Source: Chiloscyllium plagiosum
Lineage: Eukaryota
Reading direction: 5' to 3'
Assembly (NCBI RefSeq): GCF_004010195.1
Contig: NC_057754.1
Coordinates: 5,200,327 to 5,245,503 of the forward strand
DNA: 45,177 bases
The position numbers and the translations under genes are program-made. Positions 37,150-45,177 of this stretch are shown here, one piece after another; within the stretch, counting starts at the first letter, position 1; every line of letters begins with the position of its first letter. Under the pieces are notes generated by a model. The model ran no database searches. It saw only the letters and a list, made by a program, of their open reading frames with translations, and had not been told where the DNA came from.

Positions 37150-37790
37150 CTCGAAATCTTCCTGCAGAGATTCCTGGACGTGTCCAGCCACTCTACCCTC
37201 CATCAAAGACATCTCAGAAATGACTGCCAGACCGTTCAGACCTCTTGGCATCGTGTTAGCTCACAAACCCACCAAAACAGCAGCTAATGAACTTGAAGGA
37301 CCCCATACAGACAACAAGCAAAACTAATGTCATTTACAAAATACCGTGCAAGAACTGTTGACAAACAGGCAGAAAACTAGCCACCAGGATACATGAACAT
37401 CAACTAGCCACAAAAAGACGTGACCCTCTCTCACTAGTATCTTTACATACAGATGAGGAAGGTCACCATTTTGACTGGGACAACACATCCATCCCAGGAC
37501 AAGCCGAACAGAGACATGCATGAGAATTCCTAGAGGCATAGCATTCCAACCAGAACTCTACCAACAAAAGCATTGACTTGGATCCCATTTACCACCCCCT
37601 GAGAAACAAAGAGCAGGAAATGGCTCACTACAGGAAATGACATCGCCAACCCAAGGCAACCTAAACACATAAATAGAAAGAGGGTCAGACCACCAGTGCT
37701 TCATCCAGGGGCTTACCTGATGATATTACCTAGTATGGTGACGAAACGTCTGAACACGAACCTTCCAGCTCAGTGAGCATGCATCCAATA
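37150..37790 (+). mobile_element. Penelope-like element 3' end (GIY-YIG remnant + pLTR, hammerhead motif at ~37714-37753)
   Basis: Homologous to 14680-15170. CTGATGA...GAAACGTC core present, stems weakened. Confidence 0.85.
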
Positions 37791-37799
37791 TCTCCAGCG

Positions 37800-40075
37800 C
37801 ATTCCAACCGGAACTCTATCAAATCCAAATGTACTGGATCTCCCTTCTCTAACCTCCTCGTTCCATCGTCCAGTAACTCCAGCCGGTTTGTTAAACATAG
37901 TTTACTTTTCGGAGACCCCTGCTGGCTTTCTCTCATGTCCTGTCCTCACCTCTGTCACGATAGAATCTAGGATTGTCTCCACATGTGAGGCTCCGATAGC
38001 TCAGTAAGCCATCTGTTTCCTCCTTCCCGTTTTTAACGGTTAGAGTGACATTCGCCCGCCTCCAATCTGCCTGAACAGCCCTACAGTCTCTTGAATTTTG
38101 GAAGGGGACCACCAACGCATCCAATATTTCCAGCGCCACTTCCTGGTAAATCCCCTCCGAACCCATGTTGGCTGCAAGTTTACTCTCATACCCTCTGGAT
38201 CAATCGTTTTGACCTCCTTTTGCAGAATTCTAAAATGCTCCCAGTCCTCAGGTTAGCTGCTTTTTCTGGAAACCTTACATGTCTCTTTATCCAATACCAG
38301 CCCAAATTGACTTTGTAAGGCATGGTGGAGATGATCAGGCCCCGAGGATTTATCAACCTTTAACCCCTGTAGATCTCACCAGCACCGTTCTCCAACTGAG
38401 ACCGGTTTCTGCCCTCGGTTCCCGAACATTTCCGGGAGGTTACTTGTGAAGACGGAACCCGAGTATGTGATTCAATTCTACCGTCATTTCTTTGCCCTCG
38501 TTATAATTTCCCCCTTTCTGGCTGTTCTTCTTCCCTTCCCACATCTATGGAAGCTTTCACAATCAGTTTTTAAGTTAAGAGTCATACAGCACGGAAACTG
38601 ACCCTTCGGTCCAACCAGTCTCTGCCGACCCTAATCCCAAATTGAACTAGTCCCCACCTATCTGCTCCTGGCCCATATCCCTCTAAACCTTTCCTATTCA
38701 TGTAGTTACTCAAATGTCTAATCAACATTATAATTGTACCCACATCCAGCACTTCCTCAGAACGTGGACCAGCCCCTGTATAAAAATATTGTCCCTCGTG
38801 TCTTTTTAAAATCTCTCTGCTATCACCTTAAAAATGTTCTTGAAATACTCCCACCCTAGGGAAAAGACACCTGCCACTCACCTTATCTATACCCCTCATA
38901 ACATTATAAACCTCTATAAGGTCGGCCCTTAACTGCCTCCTGTTGTTACAGTGAAGAAAGTCCCAACCTATCCAGCCTCTCCTTATAACTCAAACCCTCT
39001 ATTCCCCCCAGCATCCTGGTAAATCTCTTCTGAACCCATGTTGGCTGCAAGTTTACTCTCATACACTCTGATTCAATAGTTTTGACCTCCTTTTGCAGAA
39101 TTCTAAAATGCTCCCAGTCCTCAGGTTAGCTGCTTTTTCTGGAAACTTTACATGTCTCCTCTTTATCCAATACCAGCCCAAATTTACTTTGTAAGCCATG
39201 GTGGAGCCACTTTTCAGCTTGTGGTTGTACACCAGTCCGGAGTGAATCAGTGTTGAAAACTATGTACACGTTCCTCAAATATTAGCCATTGCCTGTCCAC
39301 TGTTAACCCTTTTAATAAAGTTCCCCAATCAATCATTGCCAACTCACGCCTCATGCCCTTGTACTCTCCTATATTTAGATTCAGGACTTCTGTCGTAGAG
39401 TCATACAGTACGGAAATAGACCCTTTGGACCAACCAGTCCATGCTGAACATGATCTCAAACTAAGCAAGTCCCAACTGCCTGCTTCTGGACCATATCCTT
39501 CCCTGTTCATGCAATTATCCAAATGTCTTTTAAGCGTACTCACATTGACCACTTCCTCATTCCACATACAAACCACTGTGTAAAAGAAAATTGCCCCTCA
39601 TCTATCTTAAAATCTCTCTCCCCTCACCTTAATAATGTGCCCTGTGGTCTTGAAATCCCCTACCCTAGAGGAAAGACAGCTCCCATTCACCTTATCTACG
39701 CCCCTCATGATTGTATAAACCTCTATAAGGTCGCCCCTCACCCTCCTGCGCTCCAGTCTCTCCTTGTAACACAAACCCTCCATTTCTGACAGCATCCTGG
39801 TAAATCTCTTCTGAACCCTCACCAGCTTAATAATATCCGTCCTGTAACAGGGCGATGGGGACTGGACACGGTGCTCCAGACGAAGCCTCACCAACGTCCT
39901 GTACAACCTCAACATGACGTCCCCAGCTCCTGTTACTCAAAGATCTGAGCGATGAAGGATACAGTGCTAAACGCCTTCTTAACCACGCTGTCTACCTGTG
40001 ACGCAGACTTCAAAGAATGATGTACCTGAACCCCTAGGTCTCTCTGTTCTATAACAATACTTTAGGCCCTACTTA
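37800..40075 (-). mobile_element. Cluster of nested CR1 fragments
   Basis: ALEILDALVVPFQNS...WRRANVT (CR1 ORF2). Younger 3' ends at ~38575-39030 and ~39395-40075 (LYRTLVRLRLEH...VQKRFTRM). Confidence 0.8.
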
Positions 40076-40089
40076 TAATTATTTTTTAT

Positions 40090-40670
40090 TCACTTGTGGG
40101 CCTTTGATGTCACTGGGCCCAGCGTTGAGTGCCCGTCCCTATTTGCCCCATGAGAAGGTGGGAGTGAGCTGCCTTCTTGAATCACTGCAGTCCCCTTGCT
40201 GTGGGATGACTCAATGCCGGTAGGGAGGGAATTCCAGGATTTTGACCCAACGACCGTGAAGGGACAGCGGAAATATTTCCAGGTCAGGGTGGTGAGTGGC
40301 TCGGAGGGGAACTTGCAGGGGGCTGGTGTTCCCATGTACCTGCTGCCCTTGTCCCTGCGGATGGAAGCAGTCGTGGGTTTGGAAGGTGCTGTCTGAGGGT
40401 CTTTGGTGGATTTCTGCAGTGCATCTTGTAGATGGTTCTCACTGCTGCTCCTGAGCGCTGGTGGTGGAGGGATTGAATGTTTGTGGATGTGCCGTTCAAG
40501 TGGGTTGCTTTGCCCTGGATGGTGTCGAGCTTCTTGAGTGTTGTTGGAGCTGCCCCCATCCAGGCAAGTGGGGAGTATTCCATCACACTCCTGACTTGTG
40601 CCTTGTAGATGGTGGCTAGACTTTGGGATGTCAGGAGGTGAACTCCTCGCCGGAGTATCCCTCGTCTATG
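40090..40670 (-). mobile_element. Second CR1/L2-group LINE family 3' end
   Basis: LATIYKAQVRSVMEYSPLAWMGAAPTTLKKLDTIQ. Copies at 1640-2220, 43190-43480 and (plus strand, fragmented) 22850-23900. Confidence 0.8.
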
Positions 40671-40785
40671 ACCTTTTAATTGTAAAAGTCCTGCCCTTAA
40701 AATGCAATGCCTCACATATACCCAGATTAAACTCCATCTGCCCCTCCTTAGCCCATTGACCCAACTGATCAAGATTATTTGCAAT

Positions 40786-41168
40786 GAGTGGGTTTTGAGA
40801 AGATTTGAAGCTCAGCTTGAGGTTCTGGACGTGGGTTTGCTCGCTGAGCTGGAAGGTTCATTTCCAGACGTTTCGTCACCTTACTGGGTAACATCAGCAG
40901 TGAGACTCCGGATAAAGCACTGGTGGGTATGGCCCGCTTCCTGTTTACGAACTCTATCAAGAAACACATCCACTCGGATCCCATTTACCACCCCCTGAGA
41001 AAAAGAACAGGAAATGACGTCACCGCAGGAAATGGCATCACCAACCCGAGGAAACCTAAACCCATAAATCGAAAGCGGGTCATAACACCAGTGCTTCACC
41101 TGAGGCCTAGTACGGTGATGAAACGTCTGAAACTGAACCTTCCAGCTCAGTGAGCAAACCTACATCCA
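40786..41168. mobile_element. Two inverted Penelope-like pLTR fragments inserted in a CR1 remnant
   Basis: Minus copy ~40790-40945 and plus copy ~40950-41168 of the 15000-15170 family. Imperfect TSD ATTATTTGCAAT / ATTCTTTGTAAT. Confidence 0.75.
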
Positions 41169-41655
41169 TTCTTTGTAATCTTAGATAACCTTCCACTTCA
41201 CCACCAATCTTGGTGTCATCCATGACTGTACCAACCATATTCTCATCTATTCAACTTCAGGCTGGTCGCTAAAAGCGTGCTCATATCAAATTCCCACGCC
41301 TGTCCCATATCCTTCAAGGTTATGTCCTTTGAAGAGCTCGTCCAAGTATTTTGTAAGGTTTCCGGCCTCCCCGAATCCAGATTCTCACCACCCGCTGAGA
41401 GAAGAAGGTTTTTTTTCTCCCCAAAGCCCCTCGGACTCCCCTGCCCCTTACCCGAAAACAATACCCTCTCGCGACTGACCCCTCAACCCAGGGGGAGTGG
41501 CTACTGTCAATCCACCATGGCTGTAACCCCTCATAACCTCAATCGTGTGCCCCCTCAATCCTCTCTGCTCTAAACAAAGAAGTCCAAGCCCATCCAGTCT
41601 CTGCCTGTTGCTATCTCATCTCTCCCTCAATCATCACATAAAATTCTGTCACATA

Positions 41656-41782
41656 GTGTGTCTCTCTCTCCCTCTCTTTCTCTGTCTTCCTTTGTTTCTC
41701 TCTGTCGGGGTCTCTCACTCTGTTTCTCTCTCTCTCTGTCTCTATCTCAGTCTGTCTGTCTCTCTTTCACTCGCTCACTCAC
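41656..41782. repeat. Degenerate (CT)n microsatellite
   Basis: Direct inspection. Confidence 0.85.
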
Positions 41783-41906
41783 TGTCCGTGCCACTGTTCC
41801 CATGGATATTGCCAATGACGGCAGGAGCTTCCAACTGATAAACATCGGAAGGATTGGTCTGACAGTGTTTCAGCATTATCTGAATTCCTGCGTCCCTCAG
41901 TGACAT
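41783..41906 (-). CDS. Candidate distal alternative first coding exon (MSLRDAGIQIMLKHCQTNPSDVYQLEAPAVIGNIHGNSGTD)
   Basis: 41 open codons plus 1 nt in non-repetitive sequence, ending at donor CA|GTGAGT. The phase fits the GPR137 acceptor at 19365. No homology recognised. Confidence 0.35.
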
Positions 41907-42517
41907 GGACACTCTGAAGATGAAGCTCTCATCTCCAGTCTGTTGATCTCTCCCATCAGATATTTGATTCTTCCCCCCCCCACCCCCCCGATCCCAGAAT
42001 AATTACTTCCTGCATTTTGCAAACCCAGCCCTTCCCTTGTTTATCGAGGCTTGGTAGTTTGCCTGAAATTATCCTCGGCTTTGTGCAGTGAGGCGCGAAA
42101 GATCAGAGAGTGGAACACACTGCGTGAACCAAATGCTCTACATCTCTCCTTGGTCTTGTGGGTGATGGCTGGCCTCTGGGTTTCAGCGGGGAATACGGAA
42201 CGGGGGTGTAAAAGTGGGGTGGGGGGGGTTTACGCTGGAATTGCATGAACGGTTCTGGGGCCACGTATCTAGTCAGGGACAGACCGACACGGGAGGCAGT
42301 TCGGAGAAAATTCCCCCTGGCCGATCCCGGGGATGGAGGGAGTGCTTTATGAGGAGAGGGGGACGTCGGTCAGGCCTGTACTCGGGGTTTAGAAGAACGA
42401 GAGAGGACCTTATTGAAACAGACAAGGGGAGGGGTGGGGAACTGACAGGGGGAGATGTGGAGAGGTTGACCCCCTTGTGTGGGACAGTCTAGGACCAGAG
42501 TGGGGGGAGGCATCATC

Positions 42518-42917
42518 NNNNNNNNNNNNNNNNNNNNNNNNNNNNNNNNNNNNNNNNNNNNNNNNNNNNNNNNNNNNNNNNNNNNNNNNNNNNNNNNNNN
42601 NNNNNNNNNNNNNNNNNNNNNNNNNNNNNNNNNNNNNNNNNNNNNNNNNNNNNNNNNNNNNNNNNNNNNNNNNNNNNNNNNNNNNNNNNNNNNNNNNNNN
42701 NNNNNNNNNNNNNNNNNNNNNNNNNNNNNNNNNNNNNNNNNNNNNNNNNNNNNNNNNNNNNNNNNNNNNNNNNNNNNNNNNNNNNNNNNNNNNNNNNNNN
42801 NNNNNNNNNNNNNNNNNNNNNNNNNNNNNNNNNNNNNNNNNNNNNNNNNNNNNNNNNNNNNNNNNNNNNNNNNNNNNNNNNNNNNNNNNNNNNNNNNNNN
42901 NNNNNNNNNNNNNNNNN
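42518..42917. other. Assembly gap (400 N)
   Basis: Run of N. Confidence 1.
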
Positions 42918-43052
42918 GACAGAGAGAGATTTAACCAGGAAGGGGAATGGAGGGCTGGGGCATTGAGGGTATTCAAGGCTGAGACAGAGAGAGATTTAAC
43001 CAGGAAGGGGAATGGAGGGCTGGGGCATTGAGGGTAGACAAGGCTGAGACAG
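42918..43052. repeat. 65-bp tandem repeat (CR1-derived) abutting a gap
   Basis: GACAGAGAGAGATTTAACCAGGAAGGGGAATGG at 42918 and 42983. Confidence 0.8.
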
Positions 43053-43696
43053 TCAGGAAGGGATTTGAGGGGAACAGAGCAGGATAGTGGGAGTGGAGGA
43101 TCATCAGATCAGCTCATCGAGTGGAAGGCCTGAGGGAGGGCGCAGAGGGGGTCTGGGTTTCACTGAAACGATTCTGGACAATTTTCATTTAAATTGCCCC
43201 CTTGTACCACTGCAGTCCACGTGCTGTGGGGTAGACCCACAATGCCCCTCAGGGAGGGGGAACCCCAGGAAGGAACGGCCGATAGATTCCGGGACGGGGG
43301 GGTGTTCCCCGTGTATCTGCTGCCCCCACCCCCACCTTCTAGATGCTAGGTGGGTTTGGGAAGGTGCTGTCTGAGGAGCCCCCTCGGTGAGGTTCTGCAG
43401 TGGGTCTTGTGGACGGTACACACTGCTGCGACTGAGCGTGTGGGGTGGAGGGGGTCTTTTTGGGTGTGGGGCCAATCGAGCGATCATTCCCCAACCCTGC
43501 CATGGTGATTTACTCCTGCCTTAGAAATACTTAGAATTAGTCTTTATTATCACCCAAACTGAAGTGCAGTGAGAAGTTTTCAAAGTTGCCACACATGGGT
43601 ACAGAAACATAAGGACAAGGTACAAAAATTAAGCAGCAAAGTTAAACGCCGCAGAATTTTTTGTATTTAAGTTGAAAAAGAAATTAAGAAAGAATC

Positions 43697-44155
43697 AAAC
43701 CGTGTTGAAACAGGCCATTCAGCCCGACAAATCCACACCGACCCTCCGTAGAGTAACCCATTCAGACTCATTTCTCCCCTACCTCATTACTCTCCATTTA
43801 CCCCTGACGAATGCTGAAAAATGTGTTGCTGGAAAAGCACAGCAGGTCAGGCAGCATCAAAGGAGCAGGACAATCGACGTTTCGGGCATAAGCCCTTCTT
43901 CGGGACAAATGCACCTAACCCACACATCCCTGGGCACTATGGGTAATTTAGCACGGCCAATCCACCCTAACCTGCACGTCCGTGGGCACTATGGGTAATT
44001 TAGCATGGCCGATCCACCCTCACCTGCACTTCTTTGGATTGTGGGAGGAAACCTGAGCACCCTGAGAAACCCACACAGACACAGGAAGGGGATGGAACAT
44101 GCAAACTCCACACATACAGTTGCCCCGAGAGCAGTACTAACCACTGAGCCACCCT
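43697..44155 (-). mobile_element. HE1-type SINE with nested insertion and internal duplication
   Basis: Tail, central domain and partial head are recognisable. Confidence 0.75.
43815..43903 (-). mobile_element. Penelope-like pLTR fragment inserted in an HE1 SINE, mutated hammerhead
   Basis: Minus strand CCGAAGAAGGGCTTATGCCCGAAACGTC. Flanks GACGAATGC / GACAAATGC. Confidence 0.75.
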
Positions 44156-44424
44156 ACCAGCCCTCCAGGTTCAGCCATTGCAGTCTTTCTGTATGTGTTT
44201 GGCCACCCTGGGACCACACTTCCTGTAAGGGCTTGACCTCCTCCGCTTTGGTGCACTTTCCCCGCGTTGACTCAGTCTCCCCTGCTCGTCATCACTGCAG
44301 ACGTTGGGGGAGTCCTCCATCGCTGCTTATTGGGAACTCACTGGCCTGTCCAGGGTCAGGCCCCCTCCATCCTCCCTATCTCTGCTGACCAGCGAATTCA
44401 ATCGCCCTGTTTACCTCCGCAGCC

Positions 44425-44730
44425 TCTTTTTCTCTCTCTCCCCATCTCTTTCTTTCTCTCTCTGTGTCTCTTTCTCTCTCCCTCTCTCTCTCTGTCTGTC
44501 TCTCTTTCATTTTCTTGTCTCTCTCTCTCTCGTTCTGTCTCCCTCTCTCTCTGTGTGTCTCTTTCTCTCTCCCTCTCTCTGTCTGTCTCTCTTTCATTTT
44601 CTTGTCTCTCTCTCTCTCTCGTTCTGTCTCTCTCTCTCTCTGTGTGTCTCTTTCTCTCTCCCTCTCTCTGTCTGTCTCTCTTTCATTTTCTTGTCTCTCT
44701 CTCTCTCGTTCTGTCTCCCTCTCTCCCTCC
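44425..44730. repeat. Compound (CT)n microsatellite with ~90-bp higher-order period
   Basis: TTTCATTTTCTTGTCTCTCTC...CGTTCTGTCTC recurs three times. Confidence 0.9.
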
Positions 44731-45019
44731 AGAAGGGGTCGGTTAGTAGAAAAACATCTGAGCAAAAACTCGAAAACTTAAAAAGGAGGAAAATTAAATA
44801 CGAGAAAAGGAAAGGGGAATTAACCCAACCTTCTTGCCAATTTGCAGAAAATATCCGTAACTGCCGACCCCACCTCCAACCCCGAGGCAGGGAATTGCAG
44901 TCATACAAGCCTCCATGAGAAAATGTCATTCTCCACCCCTGAAAAGATGTGCCCAGATTTAATATCCTTCCGACATCCACCTTGTCAACTGAAGTAGATA
45001 AGATCTTAAAGAGCAGTCA

Positions 45020-45177
45020 AGCCATCAGATGGAGTTTAATTCCGATAAACGCGAGGTGCTGCATTTCGGGAAAGCAAATCTTAGCAGGACTTATACACTT
45101 AATGGTTAGGTCCGAGGGAGTGTTGCTGAACAAAGAGACCTTGGAGTGCAGGTTCATAGCTCCTTGAAAGCAGAGTC
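45020..45177 (+). mobile_element. CR1 ORF2 fragment running off the window
   Basis: QMEFNSDKREVLHFGK...EQRDLGVQVHSSLK. Confidence 0.8.

Noticed and set aside
44267..44980. Several 105-204 aa ORFs
   Set aside because: Translations of a CT/GA microsatellite.
25530..45177. Divergent partner gene such as BAD (neighbour of GPR137 in human)
   Set aside because: No recognisable BH3/RSAP-type exon or other coding exon was found on the plus strand. Short exons or sequence in the gaps could have been missed.

Overview
Eukaryotic, repeat-dense DNA from a shark or other elasmobranch, inferred from HE1-type tRNA SINEs, HER1/CR1 LINE 3' ends and Deu-domain SINEs. The window holds the 5' part of a minus-strand GPR137 gene (lysosomal 7-TM protein). 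It has two clear coding exons (19312-18941 and 13161-13112, with canonical splice sites) and a CpG-island promoter with a probable non-coding first exon (~25530-24973). A candidate distal coding exon (41906-41783) would splice in frame to give an N-terminally extended isoform. Later exons were not found and probably lie left of the window. The rest is nested retroelement debris (CR1, L2, Penelope-like, SINEs, a probable solo LTR), minisatellites and two N gaps. The most notable signal is a set of about ten minimal hammerhead-ribozyme motifs from three Penelope-like families. One sits in a ~190-bp insertion with a 14-bp target-site duplication, which folds into a 60-bp hairpin whose loop is an intact hammerhead core. 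Every copy on the GPR137 sense strand has a broken catalytic core. Repeat family names come from recalled similarity, not a database search, and repeat boundaries are approximate.
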